From the human T2T-CHM13v2.0 reference genome, Homo sapiens, in NCBI RefSeq assembly GCF_009914755.1, contig NC_060927.1: DNA of 64,000 nt; one strand, written 5' to 3'. The notes under the pieces are model-generated. The model did no database searches and had not been told where the DNA came from. It saw only the letters and a list, made by a program, of their open reading frames with translations. The position numbers and the translations under genes were made by a program. Shown here one piece after another: positions 14,840-31,737 of this stretch. Position 1 is the first letter of the stretch. The number at the start of each line of letters is the position of its first letter.

Positions 14840-16724
14840 CTAAAAGAAAGAGATTCTCTGAAAGTTACAACAGAAACTTCAATAACCATCTAGATAGAAA
14901 ATCTCAAGTCCGCTAACTAGGCAATCCAGGTTTTGCAGCTTTCCTTAGTAGTTGAGATAGTCCTTCTAATATTGCATCCTCTATTTCTGTCCCTTTATTG
15001 CCTAGATGTGTCAACATCCCTGAAGGGGTTATCCTGAATGTGTTAGGCACTAGCGCTCAGTTCCATGTCAAAACACACAAAGGCTTGTTGACCCAACAAG
15101 AAATTGGTTGTAGTGCTGCTTTACATAAACCAAAATCACAGATCTCAAAAACTTTCACTCTTCTTCTATCAGTTATTTTTTTTCACATTTGACAACAAAC
15201 ACACACAGATAATCAAGAAAAGAGGGAAAAAATGTTTTTCACTGGAAGAATCACCAGAATTTACTGATAGAAATTAGCAGTGGGAAATGGAGTCTTGTGT
15301 TCATAGTCTCATCTTGTCTAAAGCCTTGTTTTTTATTTGCTCATGTCCTTGAGTTTTCTATAAGGCTCAATTTTTCATTTGCAACACATGAATAATTAAA
15401 ACTTGTAGCTTTGGGACATGTAAAATCATATTCATCAAATGCTTTCATATAAAAATTGTTTTTAGACAGACATGCAAACATATATGGAACACCTAGTACT
15501 GCACTAAGCATAATAAAAACAAAATGCTAATACTAAGTAGAAACCAGTATGAACGTGGCTCCCTCATCCAACCAGCCCTGAATGGATTAGTCTGTTGTGG
15601 TTGCTGAATTCAACTTCTCTGACACTAATACAGCTGGATTGCAGGAATGTCCTGTAATTCACTTGTATTAGAAGCCATTAAAATTTTGAATATGTTGCCT
15701 ATTAAGTAGGTTGTATATTCCTACCCCTCTACTTCTCTGTTACTTTTTTATAAAGAGGCCATTTCTGCTTCAGTTGTTCTTACTTTACTTTCTTTGCACC
15801 TCTCCCTCCCATTTCACCCATACCACTACCATCTGAGGCAGTGTGTGGTATTCCTGAAACATTACTGACCTTCTTCAAAGTAAAAGAAAAAGAGCTAGCA
15901 AATACTGTAAACCTTAGAAGAGGGGGAAAAAAAAACTTCCTTCCTAAATGGCTACAATTGACAACCCTGCCATTTAGTCTAAAGAGCAGTGACCAATTTT
16001 AAGTCAATCTTCAACTTTTAAGTGGGGCCAGAATTCCCCAGTCCTGTATCTAGCTCAGTGCTTTGGTGGGATAAGAGCATATGCCCGTAGAGCACAATAC
16101 TCTTTTTTCAGAGTGACATTCATCTACTCAGACAAATTTAACTCCATCAGCAGAATCAAGTTCACGAAACAGTGGCTGTGCAAATTCACAATGAAATCTT
16201 TATTAAAATCTAGAATCTTCCAGAGCATTTTACAGGAAAACTGTAAAAAGTTAACTTCCTTTTTTCCTTTCTCTCTCTTTCCCCTAGCCCCCACAATGAT
16301 ATCAGTACCTTATGTAACTTGGATGTTCCACAGCTTATAACAGAAAAAATATGTCAGTTTAGTCTTTAAACAGATAAGGAGGAAGTGTACGCAAGAAAAA
16401 GGAAAGTTTTGGAGAGGCATTTTATAATTTCTCAAGTAATAAATACTAGTAACTATTGTAACCAAAAAACAATGCATTGACTATGGTTATCACATAAAAA
16501 TCCTCTAAGGATTGCTTTTAAGGACATTATGACAAGCTGGTGATTTCCAGATATTTGTGCTAGTAGGACACTCAATACTCCATAAATCATTCCACCAAGA
16601 TGGTTGCTTATTATGGTCTGTAAGATTGCATTTTCCAGGGCATGACTATAGAATATCTAAAAATCAGCTTATAGAATACTTTGAGTCAAACAAATTGCTC
16701 AGAAAAAAAGTAATTAAATCTATC

Positions 16725-17180
16725 CTTTAGGCAATTTGGAGGGTATTTATCAAAATTATAAATGCATATACCTTTATTACAGCAATTCTACATCTAGGAA
16801 TTTATTCTAATGAAGTACACATGTACAGAATGACTTATATACAAAATTACTCATACATACAAAATATGACATTATTGCTTGTAATAATAACTATTGAAAA
16901 TGATTTTAATTTCCATTATTAAGAAATAGTTTAAGTACATTATGATAGAACCATGCAGTTGAATCTGAAGCCATAAAAAAGAATGAAGATGTTCCATATG
17001 TATTAATTCATTTAGAAAGCTGTGTAAGATACAGTGTTAAATTTAAAAAGCACAAATTATCTCTGGAAAACTACACAAGAAGGTACTAACATAGTCTGTA
17101 AGTAGGGGAACTAAGTGTCTAGGGCTGGAGTCAAAAATGAGAGAGAAAACTTTTTATATGTTTTGAATTTTGAGTGATAG
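16725..17180 (+). mobile_element. Old L1 (L1ME/MC-like) 3' fragment
   Basis: cagcaattctacatctaggaatttattc..., gccataaaaaagaatgaag. Confidence 0.6.
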
Positions 17181-17204
17181 GAAAGAGTCTGGTCAGTTAG
17201 ATCA

Positions 17205-17651
<447 letters not shown>

Positions 17652-20611
17652 TCAAATCAACAATAAAAAAGGCTTTAATTATATAATATACAATATACAT
17701 ACATACACACAGTGAATGGCAATTTAATTTTTCGGTTTTCACATGTTACAATCATATCATGTAGGCACCATTATTTATCTGATCAATTAAGAGACCAATG
17801 GTTATTCTTTATTATCTTAAATATTTTTTGAGCACCTATGATATGTAAGTACCAGGTTGATTCTGGAAATTCCTGTGTCGAATAAGACAGACATGGTCTC
17901 TGATCTCCTGGACAGTTCTGGTACTTCAGCTACTAAAGACAGAAAAATTTCCTTTTTTAGAATGATACATGCAACCCTCAATAGCTGCTTTCCCAGCTAA
18001 GTAAAATAGTAAACATTCAAATGTGAAATGAAAACAGCTGGAGCAGCTGGGTACAATTTAACTTTACATGAAAAAGTCCTCAGACATAGATTACTTATTC
18101 TCTCCATATACTTGAGCAACTTCTGTTCTGGGTCAGGAGGCTCAGTGTATAAGAATAGAGTCAGGAAAAGCTCTCCTCTTTCCTCACATCTCCATCTTCC
18201 TCTATATGAACACCTTCCTCAGCCCAGAAAGAAGGAAACACACGAGGAGTGCTTTTAACAAGATTCCATAATTTGCAGTTGATATAAGCTGTTTGCATGA
18301 TGTGTGCTCTATTTTTAGGGAGTTTAGAAACATGTTGCTTAACACTTGTGAGAAAATGATTGCACAGTCTCTATTAGAATCTCATTAGCATACGTGCTCC
18401 ATTTTTTTGAGTGTAGACTTACAATTGTAAATCTCCCAAACTAGCAAAGCATACTTTGGTGAAAGGTGGGACAGGGGATGGTGTTTTCAAAAAGCAGGGG
18501 AAGCGAAGACAGAACAGGGAGAATGTAGTAAGAGTAACTCCATCCTTGAGTGCCTCCTTCGCACGTGAGACATTATACTTCAGAAATAAGATGCTTTCCC
18601 ATATGAGACAACCAGAGTCAAGGGTAGAGAATAGTCTGCAAATGAGTGAATGAACAGGAGAAATCAATTGTTAACTGATGTATATTCCATGCAAGTCTGA
18701 GCAAGTCACAGGAAGGAAACAGAGAGGCCCACTACCTGAGGAATACCTGGACTGCAAAAGTGGAAGAACAGCATAATCACAAATAGAATATCAGGAAGAT
18801 TTGGAATAGCTAGATTGGTCTCATCACTGACAATCTGATAAAGTGAACTCCTGTCTTTGCTTCCTTGCTCTTTTTTTTTAACACTATTGGACATACAGGT
18901 ATGCACAAGTTTCAGGAAGCAATATGCCTTCAGAAGAACAAGATATACTTTGCAAACCTGAGTTCATCACTGAATCAAATAGATCATTTTTATATGTTTT
19001 TCAGGGAACTTTAATTATACATAGAAAAGGAAACAGCCTTGATTTCTATTGCATTTCTTTTGGCTACCAGAGTAGCACATATAATTTTGAAGTAACCATA
19101 TGTCACTAACTTTACATACAAAGAATTCCAATTTGCCTCATAGTTTGCAAGACCACACACTTTCAAATGTCTACCATACACAATAGAAAAAATTGGTGAG
19201 TGCTTTACCTCTTACATTGAGACAAGGGTGGGGGGAGGAACTTAAATATGTTAACATAAAATGAACTAGTGAGAGCAAATTTACTGTTGAAAATTATAAA
19301 ATCCTACAGAAATACTCCTGTGTTGTCTGCTTATCACATATAAATTGTACACCAAAATTTTTATTTATTGGAAACATATAAACTTTTGTACACTTAAGGA
19401 TTAAATCACCAAGATGCCAACGTATTTATCTTATGGCAATTGCTCATGAAATGACATCTCTTTTAGTAGATGAGGTAGTTAAATTCTTTGAAGACAAATG
19501 AAACCTAGATCTTGTTTTAGTCATAATTCAAAGGCTAATCTTACAAAATGGCTAATCTTTAGGAATCTCATTCACACTTATTCATTACCAAATTTTTACA
19601 GTCTGGCCAAAGAACTGCTAAGAAATAATAACAAGCAGTTTAGTTTTGATATTTATGAACAATCTAAAAATAGGCCAGGTGCAATATAGCCTAGTGTGTC
19701 AATAAGATCTTTGAAATTTATTCTTTGTAGATAGGAAAGAGGATATAGATTATCTTTTGAATACTTGTTAATATTAAAGAGTTGACAGTCATTTTAGGCT
19801 TATAAATATGTAACTATAAGTGCAATTGTTTGCATGAAGAATTCACTAAAGTTTTAGAATTTCTAAGGGATTGAGTACTATCTTGAATCTCAAATTCTAT
19901 AGTCTTCTAGTTAACGATGAAAATTATAGTAGTAGCAGCTAAGGACCAACACAAAATATTTTCAAATGAATAATTTTGAGTGTCATCATCTATATTATAT
20001 TGGTAGAGCAAATGATAGCAAACAGATTATGTTGCCTGGGTTTAAAGAGGCTTTCCAAAAACTTTTAATCTATTAGCTATTCCTAAAATTATTTGTTTTC
20101 TGCACAGTTCACTGCTGCTCTCCCATCAGCTACCTTCTTTTTTTTCTTTCATGTTCTTTATTCATCAAATACTTATGGAGCACCTGCTGGGCACTAGGAC
20201 CAGAGTAGCAAACAAGACACAGCTTTTGTAGCCCAGGTATAGTTACCTTTGGGCCTTCATTCATCACTAGGTGCCTGTACCATTTCTAATTTATGAAGGA
20301 TGCAAAAATGATAATCTTTTAATCCTAGATTTATTTGACTGAACATAAAATCCCGTTTCTTAACGTCAAGCCCAGAAAATCATTTCAGAGTCATGGCAAG
20401 TGTGACCTCTCAGCCTATGAGCTTCTTCATTAGCCCATCCATCCTAGGTCATGGCCATTTTTCACACCTTTTTTACACTCTTCTGACTTTATCCCATCTT
20501 ATATGTTTACTGCTTTGAGTGAATTTATTAATTAGTTAATTTTATATACATAATAGACTATATTTAAAGCACATGCCTCACTGTCCTGATGAAAAGCAAA
20601 ATATTAGGTAA

Positions 20612-20990
<379 letters not shown>

Positions 20991-21298
20991 TAGCTGTCTT
21001 AATATTGTATATGTGATAACCTCATGTCTGGATTTCAAAATCGATAAAACTTCCAAAAAACTAGAGAGATCTATAGAAAGCTGCCACCAAAAAGATGTTT
21101 AAAACAAACTATTATCTAGCCCCTCTGTCATATAACAAAAGAACAAATACTTAAAAGTGTAAAATAACATAGTCTCAGTGTAAAGGATAGTCTTAATTTA
21201 AACTGGAGCGATTTTACTCAATTGAGCAAACTTACTATGTTGTCCTAATATTCCTATTTCATGTAGATGGGCAAAAATCATGAATTACTACTTAAGAA

Positions 21299-21931
21299 TG
21301 TGAGCAAAGGTTATCTGAAAAGGAATTTGGAGAAAAGAGACTCCTTCTTCTTCTTTTTTTTTTTTTTTTTTTTTTTTTTGTTGAGGTGGAGTCTCGCTCT
21401 GTCTTCCAGGCTGGAGTGTGGTGGCGCGATCTCGTCTCACTGCAACCTCCTCCTTCCCAGTTCAAGCCATTGTCCTACCTCAGCCTCCCAGGAAAGATAC
21501 TTTATCCCAGTGAACAGTTTGCAAACCAAGGAGATGCAGTTTTCAGTTTCAAACAAAGATGCATTCCAGAGAGCAAAGGACGGGGGGTGGTGGTTTACAG
21601 AGAAAGTTCCCACCCAGGTTCACAATCAGGTCCGTTCATACAAATAAACAATTCAAACCTGCTTAGGTTCTGATTGGTCAACACAGCTGTTTGATGGGTT
21701 GATGTAGCTGAATTCTGATTGGTCAATGCAGGTGAGCTCTAATTGGTTGGCTCTGGTGAGCTCTGAAAGTCCCAAAGTTGAACAGAGGTTTGTGTTTTGG
21801 AGAAACGCAGAATACCATGTGTGACTTCTAGGCAGCAAATGGCTGCTTGGTTCTATTTTAAATTTAGGCCCAGTTAGCCACTTTGAATCCATCTTGAACA
21901 ATTGGCTCTTTCAGGTTTACATTTGTTCACA
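21299..21931 (-). mobile_element. Solo LTR, probably ERV1 class (family not assigned), interrupted by an Alu
   Basis: Inverted termini tgtgagcaaa / tttgttcaca, flanks agaa / ggaa (4-bp TSD, one mismatch), repeated CCAAT boxes. Confidence 0.75.
21345..21490 (-). mobile_element. 5'-truncated AluS right-arm fragment inside the LTR
   Basis: Poly-T tail plus ~105 bp of right arm; flanks aaagagact / aaagatact. Confidence 0.85.
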
Positions 21932-23078
21932 GGAACCACTAGTATACATAGGTAATAACAAGTCTAGACATCTCAGCTATTTTAAGAATTTCATTTAAAA
22001 GATATTTGCGAAAAGTTCACTGCCTTTATTTTAAATTTTGCAGAAAATAAATGAGTATTACGCTTTGCCAACTAAAGTAAGTTGAAACTTTTTAAAAAAA
22101 ATCTTATTGCTGGCGTTTCAATAAAGCAATTTTAGAAATTAGGGAATCTATCCTTTTTTAAAATAACTTCTAAGAGCTTCCATTACTTCTCAGGATAAAT
22201 TATTTTGGGGATTTTTCAGCTGTGTTGGAGAACGTTGAAGATCTGATGCAGCTGTATCTAAGACCTCAAGTTGGGTCTGTAGGGGAGTAAAATGTCTGTT
22301 ACCTATTCAGTAGTTGGATTTGTATTCACTTTCAAAAAATTAATTTCAGATGCAGAAATCACAAGCTTTCCATAAATGTTTTCAGGCAGACAGACAATAT
22401 AACGTTTCTGTTAATAATGAAAAAAACCTTTGACAGGCTACTCCATAGCTGTGTTCCTGCTCCTCCCATGTATGAATGGGAGGCAGTTACTGCAAAGGAA
22501 TTCTCATTCCAACCATATGTGAAAATAGAGCAGAGACGCCTCTAAGTTTGAAATTATGCCATTCTCAGAAAAGTCTGTGTGACACAATAAAGATAAAAAT
22601 GGATTATGTACCCATTTAAATTACTTCTGATTTTTCTTCTAGATATAAAAGTTTACCTCCTACTTTCCCAAACATTAAATTTAATTTGAAATAAAAGTGA
22701 AGTAATTTGATCTCATCATATGGGGTAAATTTAGGAGAATATTGACCTTGATTTTGTTCTCAAAGTTTACAGTCTGTATTTTTATTTATAAAAATAAAGA
22801 ATAATTTAATAATGAAAGTGCTATATCAAAAATAAATTCTTACAATTATGTCATTTATAGATAATGCATTTTTATCAAGACCACTTTTTTAAAAAGTGGT
22901 GGATTATTTTGTGTCAACATATGTATATGCCCATGAACACATATGCAAAATCACAAAATGCTTCATCAAACAAGCTAAATTGCATCTTTGCTCTGTTTTC
23001 CAATTATATGTCAGAAATTTGACACCATGTAATGTGTTCTGAAGCTCTATTGCTGATAGTAAAAATAAAAAGGAAAAA

Positions 23079-23554
23079 TTACATGCACACATGTTTATTG
23101 CGGTACTATTCACAATAGCAAAGTCTTGGAACCAACCCAAATGTCCATCAATGATAGAGTGGATTAAGAAAATGTGGCACATATACACCATGGAATACTA
23201 CGCAGCCATAAAAAAGGATTCATCCATGTCCTTTGCAGGGACATGGATGAAGCTGGAAACCATCATCCTCAGCAAATTATCACAAGGACAGACAACCAAA
23301 CACCGCATGTTCTCACTCATAGGTCAGAGCTGAACAATGACAACACATGGACACAGGGCAGGGAACATCACACCGGGGCCTGTCGGGGGGTGGGAGACTG
23401 GGGGAGGGATAGCATTAGCAGAAATACCTAATGTAAATGACAAGTTGATGGGTGCAGCAAATCAATATGGCATACCTGTGTAACAAACATACCTATGTAA
23501 CAAACCTGCACGTTGTGCCCATGTACCCTAGAACTTAAAGTATAATAAAAAACA
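23079..23554 (+). mobile_element. L1PA 3' end, 5'-truncated (~475 bp)
   Basis: ORF 23091-23333 resembles the L1 ORF2p C-terminus (WNQPKCP...MWHIYTMEYYAAIK); 3'UTR ending tacccTAgaacttaaagtataata; TSD aaaaaggaaaaa. Confidence 0.93.
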
Positions 23555-24168
23555 AAAAAGGAAAAACTAATGGTAATTACAGTGTATCATAAAAGGAGTT
23601 TATAATAACTTGTATTATGCATTACAGTTCATGAGAGTTTAACTGAGAAAACAATGAAACATCTTTTTCTGTTATTAGTCATGTACATTAAATATATATT
23701 TATATTACATTACATTAAGCACATATTTTGATTTACCAGACTGTAAGTTCTCATGGGACATTTCATATCTGAGGAAAGAATTCACTAGTATGGGAGAAGT
23801 AGGCTTACTCAGGAAACAACAGATTAATTATAAAACTTCAAACTCAGATCTCATAATGTACACAAAAGTTTTCAGTAAAATTTCAATATTTAATCTGTTT
23901 ATTATTTGTAAAAGATAATGGGCATAATTCTGAACTACTAGGATGTCATACAGACGTCCATTCACATGGAGTAGTTCTTCCGTTAAAACATATTTTTATC
24001 TCGGTCTGGGTAGTGGAAGATGAGTAGAAGCTCATGTTTATGAAAACAAAAAGAAGGAAGAAAGGAGGGAGGGAAGATGAGAAAGATAATGTCCCAAGGA
24101 GAAAGGACAGTGAACTAAAAGTGAATTTTATCTCTTGTGTGTTCCATTATCTTAAAATCTACCTTACA

Positions 24169-24470
<302 letters not shown>

Positions 24471-24829
24471 CTACCTTACAGCTATGCAATGTCATTGTTC
24501 ATTTATTTCATTTATTTTTATCAATATATTAAGTGACCACTTAAGATATAATTAGGCACATAATTTCAGTTATTCAATTCAGATAAAAAGATTTTTAAAA
24601 TCTTATTTCCTATCTATCTAGTAACTATAAAAAGGAAATTTAGTATTTGCCAGGGAGGACAGAGTTTTTTTGTTCTTTAAAAAAGTTAATGGATAATATA
24701 TTTAAATTTTTCAATAAAATATATGGGTAAAAATTCTCCCTCTTATTCCTGCCCCCAATAGGCCCCATTATCACTTTTTCCTTCAACACGTAATCGCTGT
24801 TATTAGTCCCTTACTGATAGACAGCTAAT

Positions 24830-25470
24830 TGTTTCTAAACTTTTGCAAATACAACCAACACACACAAAAAATACTTCATTTAAATGTCAGTTCATGTCTA
24901 TGCATCTGCAAGTTCATCTCTAGGAAAATTTTCTAGAAGAATTGCAGGGCAAAGAGCAATTTGCAAATTCAATAGATATTTCTAAATTCTAAATAGTACT
25001 TCTAATTTCTAAATAGTATATCCCCTTTCACAGGGAATATACTAATTGATACTGCTACAAGCAGTGTACAACAATATTCTTTTTCCTACAATCTTGGCAA
25101 TATATCACCTAATTTAAAGATTTTGTCAGTGGATAAGTGGGAAATGGCATTTTATTGTATCTGTAATTTGCATTTATGAAGAGTAGGGTCAAGCATCTTT
25201 TCATACATTAAGGAGCCATTCAAAGTTCCTTTTCTGTGAAGTATCTGTTTATATGTTTTTCCATTATTCTCTTATAATCTTGGAATTCTTTACATATTAA
25301 GGAGGTTAGTATTTTGTTTTACACAAGTTACAAATATTTGTCTCTTGATGTTATAGAATTTTTTTGTCGTGCATAAGTACTTTCGTAAAAAAAAATGCAA
25401 TATATTTTTTCTTCTGTAGTTTCTGAACTTCTTATTAGAAATACTTTCCCCACTGTAACACTCCAACATC
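24830..25470 (-). mobile_element. Old L1 (L1M) fragment
   Basis: aatttgcattt..., gcatcttttcatacatt...agccatt...tttctgtgaag. Confidence 0.55.
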
Positions 25471-25589
25471 ATTTATGTATTTAAGTATGTATATACTTAA
25501 ATTTGAATATAGAGATTTCTAAAGCTGTGATACAGAGTAGAGAATATAATCCAAAGCACAAATCTACCCTCCTTCTGTCTCTTCACTTT

Positions 25590-25930
25590 CTTTTCTTTTT
25601 CTTTTTCTTTTTCTTTTTTTTTTTTTTTGAGATGGAGTCTCACCCTGTCACCCAGGCTGGAGTGCAGTGGTGTGATCTCAGCTTACTGCAACCTCCGCCT
25701 CCTGGGTTCAAGCGATTCTCCTGCGTTCAAGCGATTCTCCTGCCTCAGCCTCCCCAGTAGCTGGGAATACAGGTGCCCGCCACCACGCCTGACTAATTTT
25801 TGTATTTTTAGTAGAGACAGGGTTTCACCGTGTTGGCCAGGCTGGCCTCAAACTCCTGACCTCAGGTGATCCGCCCGTCTCTGCCCCCCAAAGTGCTAGG
25901 ATTACAGGCGCAAGCCACCGCGCCCGGTCC
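25590..25930 (-). mobile_element. AluSx-like with a 19-bp internal tandem duplication
   Basis: gttcaagcgattctcctgc twice (25706-25743); TSD ctcttcact. Confidence 0.92.
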
Positions 25931-26101
25931 CTCTTCACTATTTCTTATTTCTTCCCCTCTTTCTCAGGTAATTTCTTGATCCCCTTCCTAAGTATTGTTC
26001 TGAGTTCCTGGGAGAAGTTCAGCTATCCTAATTCACAAATCGTTCTTCAAATGTAGAAAATGAGAAGAGATGGAAGCCAAGGAAGGGTGTGTGGAATCAA
26101 G

Positions 26102-27651
26102 TAGCAGTTCTCAAAACAGCATATATCAAGACCTCAGCACATATCAAGACCTCAGCACATATCAAGACAGTGGCACAAAAGCATCGTAGTGTTGTCATTC
26201 ACCACTATGCAGGAGGGAAAGCCAATTTCATTTCAGAATGTCCTCAATTAATCTGTAGAAATTATTAATTTTATTAAATCCCAACCCTTGAGACCAAGTC
26301 TTTGTAATATTCTGTTTTATAATATATGAAGTATGCATAAAGCACTTCTGTGTATTGAACAAAGAACCACAAGTAATCTCATCACACTTTCAGTAGCAAT
26401 TGAGTTGCATACCAAACCACTGGCACCTTTTCTTGTGAAATACCATTTTTATTTGAAAGAATAATTGGCAAACAAACTATGGTTATTCAGACTTGCATTT
26501 TTTTTAATTTAATTAAAAACAAAATGAATGTGTAATCTTGAGAAAAAAATGACAGCATTATTGACAGTAATAAATTTTAAGCTTTCAAATAGAAATTAGG
26601 ATTTTGGAAAACTTATATCCACCACTGTGAGTTTCATATCTTCCCAATACTTAAGCACTTTTCTGATGAGATCGGTGTTATTATTAACAAACATGATTTT
26701 TAAATATTGTATGCGATATGCATTACTCAGCGAACCAATATTTTCTAAATGACAAATGCATAAAATTATAAAATTATAAATGGGTAAAAGATTCATCCAA
26801 GTACAAGACATGCCAATTAATTTTAATATAATAAACTTCAAAAAGTTCACTGACAATAGTTTCAGATTCTATATTGCAAATAACCTTTAAGAAACTACCA
26901 CTTGTCAATCTTTGGTGCAGTATCAAAGAAAAATATCCACAGGTATCTGCAAAGGCTGTTAAAATACTCCTCACTTTTCCAACTATATGTCTGTGTGAAG
27001 CCGGATTTTCTAGATATACTTCAATCAAAACAACATTTCACACGAGATTGAATGCTGAAGCAAATATGAGAATCCAGCTGTCTTCTATTAAGCCAGACAT
27101 TAAAGAGATTTGTACATGTGTAAAATGATGACGCTCTTCTCACTCAATGTTTATGTTGTAAAAGCATTATTTTTCATTTAAAAATGTTAATATTTTATGG
27201 CTTTATGATTATTTTTAATTATTAAATATTACAGTTTTCTGTTTTAATTTCTAATATGGTAAATAACAAAAGCTTTTGAGATCCTCAATAATTTTTTTTT
27301 TTTGAGACAAGCTCTCACGCTGTTACCCAGGCTGGAGTGCAGCAGTGCAATCTTGGCTCACTGCAGCCTCAACCTCATGTGCTCAAGTGATCCTCCCACC
27401 TCAGCCTCCTCAGGAGCCAGGACCACAGGTGTGTGCCACCACACCCAGCTAATTTTTGAATTTTTTTTGTAGAGATAGGGTTTTGCTCTGTTGTCCAGGC
27501 TGGTCTTGAACTCCTGGGCTCAAGAGGTCCACCTGCCTCAGTCTCCCAAAGTGCTGGGATTACAGACGTGAGCCACTTGGCCTGGCTCCAAGATCCTCAA
27601 TAATTTTAAGAGTATAAAAGGGTCCTGAAAAAAAATGTTTGAGAGCTGCTG
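26102..27651 (+). mobile_element. Charlie1-like hAT DNA transposon fossil
   Basis: TIR-like ends tagcagttctcaaa / tttgagagctgctg; ORF 26874-27128 resembles the hAT C-terminal dimerisation domain (W..IKEKYP..S..A.KILL.FPT..LCEAGFS...K...RL). Confidence 0.85.
27292..27587 (-). mobile_element. AluJ-like nested in Charlie1
   Basis: TSD agatcctcaataatttt on both sides. Confidence 0.9.
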
Positions 27652-27859
27652 AAATAGAGTTTATTTCTCAGATAACTGAAACTTCAGAATAATCATACAG
27701 GCCATGAAAACACCCTCTATATTTGCCAGGCATATAACTATAATTTGACCTTTGGCTAAAATACCTTGATTCTCTCTTAGGAAAAAATAAGAGTACAGGA
27801 GACACCCCCAAAAATGCATAGTACAAGAAAAATGTTTTATTTTTTTTAATTACAAAATG

Positions 27860-28910
<1,051 letters not shown>

Positions 28911-28971
28911 ATAAATAAAAATGAAATTACAAAATGGTATGTGACAGCCATTGTAGCATAATTTGAAATAG

Positions 28972-29631
<660 letters not shown>

Positions 29632-29901
29632 TTGTTGTTAGTTTTTGAACCTCAGATTCCCAGAGGCAGCAGGTTGATTAAATTATGGCCTTAATTTCTT
29701 AGTATACTGTCATTGGCCCATGCAAGATGCTTCTCCTTCACTTTATTTTGCCCTTTCTTCAATTATTTTATTTTCCTCCATCAAAGACTTGCCCATTTTA
29801 AAGAGATTGATGTGTATCTTTTAATGTGTACAGAATTAAAAAATAGTTATGGTTGTTTTGTAAAGAATGATGTGTTTTCTATTTAAATAAATAGCACTTG
29901 T

Positions 29902-30063
29902 GGCCAGACCCAGTGGCTCACCCCTGTAATCCCAACACTTTGGGAGGCCAAGGTGGGTGATCACTTGAGACCAACAGTTCAAGACCAGCCTGGCCAACAT
30001 GGCAGAACCCCGTCTTTACTAAAAATACCAAAATTAGCCGGGCGTGGTGGCACATACCTGTAA
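29902..30063 (+). mobile_element. Alu left arm plus linker (3'-truncated)
   Basis: Alu sequence stops at cctgtaa and abuts L1. Confidence 0.85.
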
Positions 30064-30064
30064 G

Positions 30065-31265
30065 CCCTCTCCAATACTTGCTATTATCCACCTTTCTAAC
30101 TGCTGCCATTCAAATCCATATAAAGTGATATCTCATTGTTGTTTTAATCTGTGTTTTGCCTCTTTATCATAAACTTTAGCAACTCACGATATATTTGTTA
30201 TTTATTTGAACCTCCTCTGTGAACTGTTTACCCTGTTAGGAATTTTTATTTTTGTTTCCTATCTTTTTCTTGTTAATTTAAGAAGTTCTCACATGTTTTG
30301 CATATTATCCCTGCTAGTTTTTAAATATTGGAAATAATAACATGTTTGTTAACTTTATCTATGTTACTCACACTGAACAAAATTCCTTAATTTTGGCGCA
30401 GCCAAATTCAACCATACTTTTTGACTTATAGTTGGTGCTTTTGAGATTTTGTTTAAGAAACTTTTCCCCACTCCTTAGTCACAAAAACTTTATTTCATAT
30501 TTTCTTCTATCATCTTTATAGATTTATCTGTTACATTTAGGTCTTTCATCCGTCAACAGACAACCTTTGTGTGAGTTAGAAATCTGTATTTTTCTTCACA
30601 TGATGAGACATGTATCCTAACATAATCTATTATGCTAAACAATTTGTCCATTTTTAATTCCTTTGTGATACAAATGTTTAGTGTTAATTTTTTTCTTTTG
30701 TAGAGATGAGTTCTTACTATGTTGCTTAAGCTGGTCTCGAAGTTCTGGCCTAAAGTGATCCTCCCACCTCAGCCTCTCAAAGTACTGGAATTACAGGCAT
30801 GAGCCACTAGATGTTTATCATATAACAAGTCCTCACATTAACTTGATCTTCAGATCTATTTCTGAGTTCTCAATTCTGTTTTCTCTGTTTGTTTGTTTTG
30901 TTTTTTTCAATTCTGTTTTATTGATCTATTTATATATTGCTGGGTTAACAACATTTATCATCATTATCATCATTTATAGTATGTGTTAATATCTGATGAG
31001 TGAAAGTAATACCATCTATTTGGCCCATCATTTTTTATGCTATTCTTTAGACATTTTGGGCTTCTAGCCATCCATATAAATTTCAGAATTTGTTGTGTTC
31101 TTTAAAAATTCAATTAAATTTTGTATTGGAATTTTATTTACTTTGTATGTATACTTACACAGAATTGGTAACTATAGTAGGTTACGACATACCAACCGTA
31201 AACATAGTATATTTCATCACTTATTCAAATCTTATTTATATCTTTTGCTGTCTTTCTACTAAAGG
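30065..31265 (-). mobile_element. Old L1 (L1M) fragment with an Alu monomer at ~30688-30808
   Basis: gatatctcattgttgttttaat..., tacatttaggtcttt..., tccatataaatttcagaat. Confidence 0.65.
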
Positions 31266-31328
31266 AAACAGTAGAATGAGGATTTTTTTTATTTAATTTT
31301 AACGCACATTTTTATTTAAAAGAGGTTT

Positions 31329-31737
<409 letters not shown>

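Noticed and set aside
21480-21500. Apparent deletion fusing an Alu to an LTR
   Set aside because: The LTR continues on the far side of the Alu to 21299 and a TSD-like aaaga(g/t)act flanks the Alu, so it is a simple truncated insertion.
23091-23333. ORF resembling a reverse-transcriptase protein C-terminus
   Set aside because: It is the end of L1 ORF2 in a ~475-bp 5'-truncated copy with no promoter.
26117-26168. Short direct repeats as a CRISPR-like array
   Set aside because: Units are contiguous with no spacers, and the DNA is primate.
26874-27128. hAT dimerisation-domain ORF as a domesticated gene
   Set aside because: Upstream transposase sequence is broken by stops and frameshifts, and I see no splice support.
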